64,000 bases of DNA from Rickettsiales bacterium. Lineage in GTDB: Bacteria > Pseudomonadota > Alphaproteobacteria > Rickettsiales > UBA8987. Position 1 is the stretch's first letter, and every line of letters starts with the position of its first letter. Positions 55,063 through 64,000 of this stretch are shown piece by piece. The stretch is taken from contig JAHDCD010000005.1 in the NCBI GenBank assembly GCA_020630095.1, forward strand, positions 81,358-145,357, given 5' to 3'. Under the pieces are notes generated by a model. That model did not search any database. It was not told the DNA's origin and saw nothing but the letters and a program-made list of their open reading frames with translations. The translations under genes and the position numbers were made by a program.

Positions 55063-55590
55063 GGAGTCCTTTCTTGCTTCTCACTTTGCAAACGTTCAAC
55101 TTCTAAGTTAACTTGCTTCTCAACACCAAGTTCTTTGGCTGCAAGTTTTAGACATTTTATTTTAATAGGGTTAATTACTTTATGGTGAGCTAAAACGTTG
55201 AAGAATGGTAATGGCATTTTTGGGTTATCAGCTATTTGTTTATTGCTAGATTCAACGTCAGCCTTGGATATTGAAATATATTCAGCAATAGATTTAACCG
55301 CCACTTTATCATCCTTTTCATTTAATTCAGATATAAAACTTTTTATAAGAAATTTAGTTACTGATGCATGCTTTCCTTCAAGTACGAAGGCGTAGTTTCC
55401 ATTTCTAGCGACTTCTTCGGCGGCTTGCGCCCATTCATCTCTGCCTTTTCTTGCAAAGGTGCGAGCTAACACCCCCCCCCTGCATCTTTAAGTTGGCATC
55501 TTCAGCTTTTAGCCTTTCAATTTCAGAATCAACTAACTTCATGCATTTTGAAGTAATTTCATCTACTTGTTCTTTGCTGATAGTGTCCAT
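55059..55590 (-). pseudogene. Gene split by a frameshift at a C9/G9 homopolymer (51-codon 5' ORF plus 137-codon 3' ORF); pseudogene, phase-variable gene or sequencing error
   Basis: The ATG at 55590 opens a frame that reaches the G9 run (55480-55472 on the minus strand) and stops 12 codons later. The 55472-55059 ORF would be in frame if one G were removed. Confidence 0.55.
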
Positions 55591-55634
55591 CTATTTGGAT
55601 TATATAGTGTATAGGTTAAGGAAGGGTTAAGTTT

Positions 55635-55738
55635 TGTCATTGCGAGCGTAGCGAAGCAATCCATCAACAGATCTTTCTATAGTTATCAATCTCTTGATGG
55701 ATCGCCGCGTCGTCGTTTCACTCCTCCTCGCGATGACG
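55635..55738. repeat. Palindromic element family B, copy 2
   Basis: TGTCATTGCGAGCGTAGCGAAGCAATCCATCAA ... TTGATGGATCGCCGCG...CTCGCGATGACG. Confidence 0.8.
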
Positions 55739-55740
55739 TT

Positions 55741-56979
55741 TTAATCTTCATCCAAGCCGTAGGCGGTGTGTAGGCTGCGGATGGCAAGTTCTAGGTATTC
55801 TTCGTCTATCAGTACTGAGATTTTGATTTCAGAAGTTGAGATAACATGAATGTTAATGCCTTTATCAGCCAGTGTTTGGAACATTTTCTGTGCCGTACCT
55901 GCATGGCTTTGCATACCAACACCTATTGCTGAAACTTTAGCTACTTCCTCGTTAAAAATTGCGTTCTTAGCTTTAATGCCTCCTAATAATTCCTTAGCAC
56001 GTGCAAGGTCGGTTTTTGGTAGCGTGAAGGTCATATCCGTATGAGTGCCGCCTTCGGAGATATTCTGTACGATCATGTCAACGTTGATTTCAGCGTCGGT
56101 TAATGGTTTTAGAACGTCCGCTGCTACACCTGGAGTGTTTTCTACGCCAACAAGTGTTACTTGGGCATCGTTACGAGAATATGCAATTCCTGTTATAATT
56201 CTTCTTTCCATAACTTCTTCTTCGGATACTAGAAGGCTTCCGCCCTTTTCTAGGTTGAACTCAAAATCATCTACCATAGATGAGCGTACCATTAGCGGTA
56301 CGTTATATTTCATAGCTAATTCTACGCAGCGAGTTTGTAGAACTTTTGCACCAAGTGATGCCATTTCTAGCATTTCTTCGTAGCCAACTTTTTTAATTCT
56401 GCGGGCTTTTGGTGCAATGCGCGGGTCGGTTGTGTATACGCCGTCAACATCTGTATATATATCGCACCTGTCCGCGTTTATTGCGGCAGCTACTGCCACG
56501 GCGGAGGTATCCGAGCCACCACGACCTAATGTGGTAATTCTATTCTCAGCTGATACGCCTTGGAAGCCGGGGATAATAACAACTTCATTGTTATTGGTGG
56601 ATTCTAAAATGGCTTTGTCGTCAATTTCGGTAATGCGTGCCTTGCTATGCTTACCTTCAGTTTTGATAGGTAATTGCCAGCCTAAATATGAGCGGGCCTT
56701 AACGCCTCTTTCTTGTAATATTAATGAAAGTAGACCAACTGTTACTTGCTCGCCGGTTGAAACTACAACGTCATATTCAGCAGCTTTTTCATCCGTTGTT
56801 AGTTCAGATACTTCATCAACATAGCCTACTAATGTGTTAGTTACTCCACTCATGGCAGATAGAATAACTACGCATTTATTGCCTTGAGATTGCTCATACT
56901 GTACTCTGTCCGCTACTTTGCGGATTTTTTCAATATTGGCTACCGAAGTGCCACCAAATTTCATTACGATTAAGGCCAT
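55741..56979 (-). CDS. lysC: Aspartate kinase
   Basis: MALIVMKFGGTSV N-terminus, GRGGSDT, and two C-terminal ACT domains. Confidence 0.95.
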   Translation of the reverse strand: MALIVMKFGGTSVANIEKIRKVADRVQYEQSQGNKCVVILSAMSGVTNTLVGYVDEVSELTTDEKAAEYDVVVSTGEQVTVGLLSLILQERGVKARSYLGWQLPIKTEGKHSKARITEIDDKAILESTNNNEVVIIPGFQGVSAENRITTLGRGGSDTSAVAVAAAINADRCDIYTDVDGVYTTDPRIAPKARRIKKVGYEEMLEMASLGAKVLQTRCVELAMKYNVPLMVRSSMVDDFEFNLEKGGSLLVSEEEVMERRIITGIAYSRNDAQVTLVGVENTPGVAADVLKPLTDAEINVDMIVQNISEGGTHTDMTFTLPKTDLARAKELLGGIKAKNAIFNEEVAKVSAIGVGMQSHAGTAQKMFQTLADKGINIHVISTSEIKISVLIDEEYLELAIRSLHTAYGLDED

Positions 56980-56981
56980 TT

Positions 56982-58250
56982 TTATAATGCTCTGTGGGCG
57001 ATATCTTTACGGAAATATGCGTTATCCCACTTAATTTTTTCAACAGCTTTATACGCATTTTTTACGGCAGATGCAAGGGAATCATCTAGTGCGGTAACGC
57101 CTAGTACGCGTCCGCCTGTTGCGGTTAGATTGTTGGAATCGTCTAATTTTGTGCCGGCATGGTATACAATTACATTATCTTCTTGTGTGCCTAGGCTTTT
57201 GATTATTGTGCCTTTTTTATAAGATTCAGGGTAGCCTTTTGATGCTAGAACTACGCATACTGCGTTTTTAGTTTTGAATTTAACGGGTTCAGCAAGAGTA
57301 TTTAATTCTTGATTAACGGCCTTGTGTGTAAGGGTTACAAGGTCCTCATTTAGTAATGGCATAATAACTTGAGTTTCAGGGTCGCCCATGCGTACGTTGT
57401 ACTCTAGTACTTTAATTTCGCCGTTTTTAATCATTAGTCCAGCGAATAGGAATCCTTTATATTCTATGCCGTCTTTTGCTAGCCCTTCGATTAATGGTGT
57501 TATGGCGATATCCATTATTTGTTGCTCTAAGCCGTTTGCCACCGGTGCAGGTGAGTAGGTACCCATGCCACCAGTGTTTAAGCCTGTATCGCCTTCGCCA
57601 ATGCGTTTATGGTCTTGTGCGCTACCTAGTGGAATGGCGGTTTTACCATCGCAGAATGCGAAGAATGAAAGTTCCTCGCCATCAAGGAAGTCTTCAATGA
57701 TGATTTTTCGTCCTGCTGTGCCAAATTTGCCAGCAAACATTTCATCGATAGCATCTTTAGCTTCTTGCTCACTTAACGCGATGATTACGCCTTTACCTGC
57801 AGCTAATCCGTCCGTTTTTACAACGATAGGAGTGGCATGACCTTCGCAGTATTTTTTGGCTTCATCTGCATTGTCAAATTTAGCGTAAGATGCGGTTGGG
57901 ATGTTATATTTTTTTAAGCAATCTTTCATGAATTGCTTTGAGCCTTCAATTTCGGCAGCGGCTTTACTTGGGCCAAAAGCCCTGATGCCAGCGGATTCTA
58001 AGTCGTCAGTTAGACCATCTACCAATGGTTGTTCAGGGCCTATTATAACTATATCAATTTGGTTTTCTTTGCAGAAAGATATAATATCTGAATGGGATTT
58101 TAAGTTAACTGCGTTTGCATCTTGCGCTATGCCGGCATTTGCGGGGGAGCAAAATAATGTGCCTAAATTGGGAGATTCATTTAATTTTTTAATGATTGCG
58201 TGTTCTCTTCCGCCACTACCAATTACAAGAATATTTTGTTTATTTTCCAT
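56982..58250 (-). CDS. purD: Phosphoribosylamine-glycine ligase
   Basis: VIGSGGREHA N-terminus and the ATP-grasp core. 422 aa. Confidence 0.95.
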   Translation of the reverse strand: MENKQNILVIGSGGREHAIIKKLNESPNLGTLFCSPANAGIAQDANAVNLKSHSDIISFCKENQIDIVIIGPEQPLVDGLTDDLESAGIRAFGPSKAAAEIEGSKQFMKDCLKKYNIPTASYAKFDNADEAKKYCEGHATPIVVKTDGLAAGKGVIIALSEQEAKDAIDEMFAGKFGTAGRKIIIEDFLDGEELSFFAFCDGKTAIPLGSAQDHKRIGEGDTGLNTGGMGTYSPAPVANGLEQQIMDIAITPLIEGLAKDGIEYKGFLFAGLMIKNGEIKVLEYNVRMGDPETQVIMPLLNEDLVTLTHKAVNQELNTLAEPVKFKTKNAVCVVLASKGYPESYKKGTIIKSLGTQEDNVIVYHAGTKLDDSNNLTATGGRVLGVTALDDSLASAVKNAYKAVEKIKWDNAYFRKDIAHRAL

Positions 58251-58285
58251 TTGTTAACTTTTTGGTAACATTTATATATTAGTTT

Positions 58286-58361
58286 TACAAAATTACAAAA
58301 TATACATTTTGTAATTTTACGCACTCGCTAATGCGGTGTAAAACCACCTCAAGTTGGTTTT
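58286..58361. repeat. Bipartite-hairpin intergenic element, copy 3
   Basis: CAAAATTACAAAAT/ATTTTGTAATTTT hairpin, then CGCACTCGCTAATGCGG core, then AAAACCA../..TGGTTTT hairpin. Confidence 0.65.
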
Positions 58362-58429
58362 AATGCTATTTTTAAAAAATAGCATTTTTATGCTTGAGCT
58401 TATGCAACGTAAATACTAACGTAATTCCT

Positions 58430-59806
58430 ATGACAGAAGATACTACTAAAAAGGGTAAAAAGAAAGTTAGCGAAGAAGCTAACAAGAAAACTAAAAAAAC
58501 TGGCGGTAACGGCGGTGGCGGTAATGACTCAGGTGATGGCGGCGACGATGAAGGTACGCTACTTTGTTCATTCTGTGGAAAGTCACAGCACGAAGTTAAA
58601 AAATTAATTGCCGGTCCTAATGTGTTCATTTGTAATGAGTGCGTACAGTTATGTGTAGATATTATCCGCGAAGAAACTCAAGCGCCATTATCGGTTGAAG
58701 GGCCGAATGGTATGCCTACGCCAGAAGAAATATTTAATGTTCTTCAGGATTATGTAATTGGGCAAGAGCGTGCGAAGAAGGTTTTAGCCGTTGCGGTTTA
58801 TAATCATTATAAACGTAATGAGCATATGGCAAAAGGGGCGGAGCCTGAGATTGCTAAATCAAATATTTTATTAGTTGGGCCTACTGGTTGCGGTAAAACA
58901 TTATTAGCGCAAACGTTAGCGCGCGTACTTGATGTGCCGTTTACAATGGCGGATGCTACAACGTTAACCGAAGCGGGTTATGTTGGTGAAGATGTTGAGA
59001 ATATCATACTTCGTTTATTACAAGCTTCTGACTATAACGTTGAGAAAGCTCAGCGCGGTATAGTGTATATTGATGAGATTGATAAGATTTCTAGGAAGTC
59101 TGAGAATCCATCTATTACGCGTGATGTTTCTGGTGAAGGTGTTCAGCAGGCATTATTAAAATTAATGGAAGGTACTGTGGCTTCAGTTCCACCGCAAGGG
59201 GGCAGAAAGCACCCTCAACAGGAATTTTTACAAGTTGATACTTCCAATATTCTATTCATTGCGGGTGGTGCGTTTAGTGGCATTCAGAAAGTAATTGAAC
59301 GTAGAATTTCAGGTAACTCTATTGGTTTCGGTGCTTCAATTAAAGAAGCAGTTGAAATGAAAACTGGTGAAGCGTTAGCTCATATGGAGCCAGAAGATTT
59401 AGTAAACTATGGTTTAATTCCAGAATTTATTGGTCGTATGCCAGTGTTAGCTACGCTTGGTGATTTAGATGAAGATGCGTTAATTCAGATTCTAACTGAG
59501 CCTAAGAACGCTCTTGTTAAGCAGTATCAAGCATTGTTCAAAATGGACGATACTGAGCTTAAATTTACTAATAAGGCGCTTGTTGAAATTGCTAAAAAGG
59601 CAATTGAACGTAAGACTGGTGCGCGTGGTTTACGTGCTATTATGGAAGAGGTTCTTCGTGAGCTTATGTTCGATATTCCAACGCGTGAAGATGTTAAGTC
59701 TGTTACGATTACGGATAAGTCTGTTCTTGGTAAAGCTAAGCCATTATTAGAGCTTCAGAAGGCGGAAAAGAAAGCGCCCGCTAAAAAGAAAGCAAGTGTG
59801 AGCTAG
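58430..59806 (+). CDS. clpX: ATP-dependent Clp protease ATP-binding subunit ClpX with Lys/Gly/Asp-rich N-terminal extension
   Basis: Zinc-binding [11 protein letters not shown]...CNEC, Walker A GPTGCGKT, and the GYVGEDVEN pore loop region. Confidence 0.95.
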   Translation: MTEDTTKKGKKKVSEEANKKTKKTGGNGGGGNDSGDGGDDEGTLLCSFCGKSQHEVKKLIAGPNVFICNECVQLCVDIIREETQAPLSVEGPNGMPTPEEIFNVLQDYVIGQERAKKVLAVAVYNHYKRNEHMAKGAEPEIAKSNILLVGPTGCGKTLLAQTLARVLDVPFTMADATTLTEAGYVGEDVENIILRLLQASDYNVEKAQRGIVYIDEIDKISRKSENPSITRDVSGEGVQQALLKLMEGTVASVPPQGGRKHPQQEFLQVDTSNILFIAGGAFSGIQKVIERRISGNSIGFGASIKEAVEMKTGEALAHMEPEDLVNYGLIPEFIGRMPVLATLGDLDEDALIQILTEPKNALVKQYQALFKMDDTELKFTNKALVEIAKKAIERKTGARGLRAIMEEVLRELMFDIPTREDVKSVTITDKSVLGKAKPLLELQKAEKKAPAKKKASVS

Positions 59807-59818
59807 TTAGATATTTTT

Positions 59819-60889
59819 CTAGTCGGTATTAATTTTACCCTCAGTTCTATTGTATAGAGACAGAACTTTTGCGCGCTTGAACCATCTTTGTGATTCTTTT
59901 AAATTTCTAGGTACGCCATAGCCATTATAGTAGAAGTAGCCCATGTTCCATGCGGCTGTTGGAGAGCCATTATCGGCACTATTTGAGAACCATTTTATGG
60001 CTTGTGTAAGGTCTTGGTCTAGTCCGTTTAAGCCGTTTGTATAAATATAGCCTAAGTGATCCATTGCATGAATATTACCAAGCCTAGCTGCGTTAAGATA
60101 CCATTTTACGGCCTTTTCATTATCCATTTCAACGCCGTTACCATTTGAATATGCGTTTGCTATATAAATCATGGAATAAGAGTCGCCGGCAAGTCCGGCT
60201 ATTTTGTGCCAGTAGAAAATATCTTCCTTAAATTTTTCAGCATCAATTGATTGGTATAAATTGGCGATTCTAATTGCTAACGGGATTTTTAATTCCTTAC
60301 GAGTAATGCGATTTGCAATGCGCTCATTATATTCGGCAGCTTTTAAAAGGTCTTTTTCAACGCCGATGCCTTTCATGTAAAAGTCCGCAAGTTTATATTC
60401 AGCTTTAGCGTAGCCGGCCTTCGCCGATTTCTCGTAGTACTTAAACGCTTTGCCTAAATTTTTAAATACACCCTCACCTTTTTGATACGCAACACCAAGT
60501 TCGTAAGTGGCAATAGGGTGATTTTCCTTATTAACGGCTCTGTTTAAATAGCTTATGCCGTTTTTGTAACTGCCAAGTTCGCGGTATAATTTACCAATAC
60601 GTGCTAATGAAGGAACATGCTCATATTTAGCGGCCTTCTTGTACCATTTAATTGCACGTTTTTTAGGGTTCTTTACTTTGTCATCTTTTAGACGACCATA
60701 TTCGTAATAATAACCTATGGTGAATAAAAGGCGGGGGTCATTGGTGCTCTGAGCTTCAGATAACTTACCTTGTAGACGTTTTTCTGAGATAAGATAAATA
60801 TCATCCTTTTCATCATAGTAGCCGTTAAATGCGAATGCATTGCTAGATACTAATATAAGGCATAATGCTATGTATTTGAAAAACTTCAT
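59819..60889 (-). CDS. Sel1-like repeat (SLR) protein, secreted
   Basis: Signal peptide and repeated A..WY.KAA..G...A...LG..Y units. Confidence 0.8.
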   Translation of the reverse strand: MKFFKYIALCLILVSSNAFAFNGYYDEKDDIYLISEKRLQGKLSEAQSTNDPRLLFTIGYYYEYGRLKDDKVKNPKKRAIKWYKKAAKYEHVPSLARIGKLYRELGSYKNGISYLNRAVNKENHPIATYELGVAYQKGEGVFKNLGKAFKYYEKSAKAGYAKAEYKLADFYMKGIGVEKDLLKAAEYNERIANRITRKELKIPLAIRIANLYQSIDAEKFKEDIFYWHKIAGLAGDSYSMIYIANAYSNGNGVEMDNEKAVKWYLNAARLGNIHAMDHLGYIYTNGLNGLDQDLTQAIKWFSNSADNGSPTAAWNMGYFYYNGYGVPRNLKESQRWFKRAKVLSLYNRTEGKINTD

Positions 60890-60942
60890 AAATTAAGGTT
60901 AAAAGGTTAAAAGATCAAAAGGTCAAAAGGTTTATTTTCTCA

Positions 60943-61101
60943 AATATAGAAAGTTTTTATTTCTCTCAAATTCTTAAAAAATAATATTATTGGCTATATT
61001 TCTCTAAAAATCCTTATATTTCAACGGTTGTGTTTTATTTATACTATAAAAACAGCTAAAAAATCGTTAAAAAATGGACGTTTTTTGCAATTTTTTAGGC
61101 A
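60943..61101. repeat. AT-rich phased A/T-tract element, copy 3
   Basis: AATATAGAAAG ... AAAATCCTTATATTTCAACGG ... AAAAATCGTTAAAAAATGGACGTTTTTTGCAATTTTTTAGGCA. Confidence 0.7.
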
Positions 61102-61131
61102 TTTTTGATACAAATTCTGTCATCACGTATC

Positions 61132-61183
61132 GTAATTTAGGCTCACTCGCTTCGCGGTACAACAAAAGCTCAAGCTTTTGTTG
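61132..61183. repeat. Bipartite-hairpin element, copy 5 (partial: core plus second hairpin)
   Basis: GTAATTTAGG, then CTCACTCGCTTCGCGG core, then AACAAAAGCT/AGCTTTTGTT hairpin. Confidence 0.55.
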
Positions 61184-61266
61184 ATAGCAAATTCCAATTA
61201 CTCTATCAAATAGACACCTATTAGGAAGGTGTTAAAATTCTTACGCCTGAGTTAAGCAATTTCCTT

Positions 61267-62160
61267 TTAATGAGGCGGTGTGTTAGGTGAATCTATTTCT
61301 GTATCAATGTGCGCTGTTGCTTCAGGTTGTTGAGCTTGAATGGCTGGTATTATTTTATTTCTTACATGTTTATGCACACATTTATTGAATACTTTGCCAG
61401 CAATTACTGTTCGTGTTTTTCTATCGCCATAGGCTTTTTCAGAAATTTTTGCGTACATCTCCCATAAAGCTGCTTTATCCTCAATCGCAGGGTCAATATC
61501 TGATCTATCGATGCAATCAATTAAGTTGTGAAATGTATCTGGTGAGGGGATTACTGAGCCATCTATAAATTTATATATTGAAGGCATTGATGTACTACAA
61601 TTTTTAGATAGTATCTTTATCGAAGGAAAATGGTGTACGGCTTTCTTAAAGAGTGATGTTACAGATTCTATATCCTCCCATTTTTTTGAGAATAAATCGA
61701 ATTCTGGATGTTTACCAATTAAAGTTCTTAGTGGTAACTTGCAGGAATCTTTGATTGGTAAAGTACAAATTGAAGATGAATATTTATGTGCAATTAAATC
61801 ATTTGTAATGCTCTCAAAATTAGAAACACCAATAATGTCAGCTATAGATCTTTTGGTAATTCCAGAGATCTCAGCGGCTGCTAATAAGCCATCAATTGCT
61901 TCGGTGGTGTTTTCTAGTATTTCCCATGGGCTTTGTTGACCTATTTCAGTTGAATATTCTTTCCATAATTCTTTTCTTTCTTCTTGGTTGTATTCTAATA
62001 AGTCAAATAGATTCTCCAAGTGATGGCTAGGCCAAGGCTGTTCCGGATTGTTAAACCAGTTAGATACGTTGGAAATATTACAGCCTATATGTTTTGCAAT
62101 TTCAGCCCTAATCAAGCTTAGGCTTTCATATTTAGCTCTTATTTGGTCATTAAAGCTCAC
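61267..62160 (-). CDS. Hypothetical protein with repeated HTH-like modules
   Basis: IAKHIGCNISNVSNWFNN and IADIIGVSNFESI resemble XRE-type HTH. An internal repeat ends in LWKEY / LWEMY. Confidence 0.45.
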   Translation of the reverse strand: MSFNDQIRAKYESLSLIRAEIAKHIGCNISNVSNWFNNPEQPWPSHHLENLFDLLEYNQEERKELWKEYSTEIGQQSPWEILENTTEAIDGLLAAAEISGITKRSIADIIGVSNFESITNDLIAHKYSSSICTLPIKDSCKLPLRTLIGKHPEFDLFSKKWEDIESVTSLFKKAVHHFPSIKILSKNCSTSMPSIYKFIDGSVIPSPDTFHNLIDCIDRSDIDPAIEDKAALWEMYAKISEKAYGDRKTRTVIAGKVFNKCVHKHVRNKIIPAIQAQQPEATAHIDTEIDSPNTPPH

Positions 62161-62198
62161 ATGGTTACTATAGGATATATAGATTAAAAAAAGGTTAA

Positions 62199-62873
62199 CT
62201 AATCTCTTTTGCCGAAGACATCGGTTCCGACTCTTACATAGGTAGCGCCGAGTGCGGTAGCTAGTTCATAGTCAGCACTCATGCCCATAGAAAGTTCTGT
62301 TAAATTATGCTTATCAGCTAATTTTTTAAGGTAAGTAAAGTGCAAAGCGGGGTTATCGTTTGCAGGTGGAATGCACATTAGCCCTGCGATATTTAGTTTA
62401 AGCTCGTTAATGCAATATATGATGAACTCATCGGCATCATTTGGTAGTATGCCTGATTTTTGCTCTTCTTCGCCGGTGTTAACTTGGATGAAAAGTTTTA
62501 TATCTTTTGGATTCTTGAGAAGCTCTTTAGCGATTTCTTTGGCAAGCTTTTCGCGGTCTATTGTGTGGATAGCATCAAACAGATTTATGCAATCTTTAAC
62601 CTTATTAGTTTGTAGGCCGCCGATAAAGTGAAGTTCAAGCTTTGGATTGTTTTGTTTTAATTGTTCAAAATGTTCGTAACCTTCTTGAACTTTATTTTCG
62701 CCATAAATTAAATGACCTGCTTCAATGGCGGTTTGGATTTTTTCTGTGGGTTGGCGTTTAGATACGGCGATTAGTTTTGTATCTTGCGGTTGCTTAGGTT
62801 TTATATGAAATTTTGAATATGCATTTCTTATATTTTTATAAACTTGCCCGATATTTTCTTTAATATTATTCAC
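62199..62873 (-). CDS. yggS: YggS-family pyridoxal phosphate homeostasis protein
   Basis: LIAVSKRQP (PLP lysine), FGENKVQE-like YGENKVQE, HFIGGLQTNK and C-terminal RVGTDVFG. Confidence 0.9.
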   Translation of the reverse strand: MNNIKENIGQVYKNIRNAYSKFHIKPKQPQDTKLIAVSKRQPTEKIQTAIEAGHLIYGENKVQEGYEHFEQLKQNNPKLELHFIGGLQTNKVKDCINLFDAIHTIDREKLAKEIAKELLKNPKDIKLFIQVNTGEEEQKSGILPNDADEFIIYCINELKLNIAGLMCIPPANDNPALHFTYLKKLADKHNLTELSMGMSADYELATALGATYVRVGTDVFGKRD

Positions 62874-62975
62874 TTAATATGTTTTTATTAACCTTATTTT
62901 AAGGGTTTGTGATGTATTTTAGGTTGATTATCCAATTTTGCCAACTTAAGAATTAAATATAAACTACAGTAAATT

Positions 62976-63695
62976 ATGAAAAAACTAAATCTTATTATTG
63001 CTTTATCAACTGTAATGGCCGTTTCTGCTTGTTCATCTTCTGGTGACGAGGAGATTGAGTTAGTAACTGAGAAAAGGGTAACGCCTATCGCTCAGAATGC
63101 TAGCTTATCGGTTAACCAACCTCAGCTTGATTTAAATGTTCAAACTTCAACGCCTACAGTTCCTGTGACTGCAAATGTTTTGCCTGCGCTTCAACAGCCA
63201 GCAGGTTATCAGATGCCAGAAGTTTCAGTAAATATACCTAGGGTAGCTACAAGTATTGCAACACCTTCTGCGGCTACTACATCGTATGCAGCGCCTCAAG
63301 TAACTACAACTAGTTACTCAGCGCCAACTGCAAGTGTTCAAACTGGTTCATTCCAAGTTCCAGCGGGTGTTAAGCCTCAAGTAGTTTCTAGACAAGTTTA
63401 TAGAGTGAACCCAGGTCAAGGCGTTCCTTATTTAGTGCCTTCAAATGCTTCAACTAGAACTGTATCTGGTACTACAAGCGTAGTTACTGGTCAGCCGATT
63501 GTTTCGCATCATGGTGGTGCAGTGCATACTGGTACAGTTCAAACTGGAACTGTTAGAGTTAATGAGCCAGTTGTTCAATCAGGTAATGTTCAGTATATAC
63601 AAACGCCAACTAATGTAGTTACTACGTCTGGTGTTTACCCTACAGTTTCGGGTTCTACTACAGTTACTGAAACAACAGTAACTGAACAACAATAA
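62976..63695 (+). CDS. Thr/Val/Ser/Gln-rich lipoprotein
   Basis: Lipobox (MAVSAC). Low-complexity body with TGTVQTGTV-type repeats. Confidence 0.6.
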   Translation: MKKLNLIIALSTVMAVSACSSSGDEEIELVTEKRVTPIAQNASLSVNQPQLDLNVQTSTPTVPVTANVLPALQQPAGYQMPEVSVNIPRVATSIATPSAATTSYAAPQVTTTSYSAPTASVQTGSFQVPAGVKPQVVSRQVYRVNPGQGVPYLVPSNASTRTVSGTTSVVTGQPIVSHHGGAVHTGTVQTGTVRVNEPVVQSGNVQYIQTPTNVVTTSGVYPTVSGSTTVTETTVTEQQ

Positions 63696-63810
63696 TATCC
63701 AATCTCAAAGGCTGTAAATTCCTTTCATTTTGCGTATGTAGCTTATCTACATGGCGCTCAATAAAAGAAATTTTTGCACTATGAGATATGAATATTAAAA
63801 TGGCAGATTA

Positions 63811-63842
63811 GCCCCGCCTATGTGCGGGGTTTTTTCTTTTTT
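63811..63842 (+). terminator. Intrinsic terminator
   Basis: CCCCGC-CTATGT-GCGGGG stem-loop followed by TTTTTTCTTTTTT. Confidence 0.75.
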
Positions 63843-64000
63843 ATGAGAATTTCAAAATACATAGCAGATTGTGGGGTGGCATCTAGGCGCGAGGCGGAGC
63901 GTTTACTATTGACTGGTAAAGTTAAGGTAAATGGCAAGCTATGGGTTGATGGCGACAGTTGGCAGGTGGAGGAGTCTGATAAAGTTGAAATTGATGGTAA
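63843..64000 (+). CDS. Pseudouridine synthase, N-terminal S4 domain (3' end outside window)
   Basis: MRISKYIADCGVASRREAERLLLTGKVKVNG is the typical RsuA/RluB-family S4 N-terminus. Confidence 0.7.
   Translation, partial: MRISKYIADCGVASRREAERLLLTGKVKVNGKLWVDGDSWQVEESDKVEIDG

Noticed and set aside
58372-58629. An 85-aa minus-strand ORF overlapping the clpX 5' region (Pro/Ser/Leu-rich).
   Set aside because: It is the mirror frame of the low-complexity Lys/Gly-rich ClpX N-terminal extension, with no supporting signals.

Overview
This is an AT-rich bacterial chromosome segment, roughly one-third GC by eye (not computed). The gene content is housekeeping: proA, atpH, bamB, acs, hisF, recR, tatD, tatC, murA, ccmA, eno, sodB, lysC, purD, clpX, yggS. 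An HK97/GTA-type portal relic and Rickettsia-like palindromic elements are also present. Together these suggest an alphaproteobacterium of the Rickettsiales/Holosporales-like endosymbiont kind (inference).

The main accessory region lies directly downstream of a tRNA-Arg(ACG) gene, about 28.4-45 kb and possibly extending to about 50.7 kb:
- It opens with a large serine recombinase and its DUF2924 partner.
- A type I restriction-modification operon follows. It carries four non-canonical nested genes: a 2-TM protein between hsdM and hsdS, and a 132 aa / DUF3800-like / 165 aa cassette between hsdS and hsdR.
- A WYL-domain regulator closes that operon.
- A convergent operon contains a truncated ParB-methyltransferase followed by a tightly coupled three-gene module. 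The module comprises an unknown 238 aa protein, a Cas4-like nuclease fused to a DEDD-like exonuclease, and a PD-(D/E)XK protein.

The two nested or attached cassettes are the best candidates for an undescribed defence system.

Outside the island:
- At least four dispersed repeat families are present. One sits in frame inside acs, and others appear to donate start codons.
- There is a tandem array of five paralogous small lipoproteins.
- An uncharacterised three-gene envelope operon lies downstream of tatC.
- A C9 homopolymer splits a gene.
- A large autotransporter is present.

No rRNA genes or CRISPR arrays were seen.
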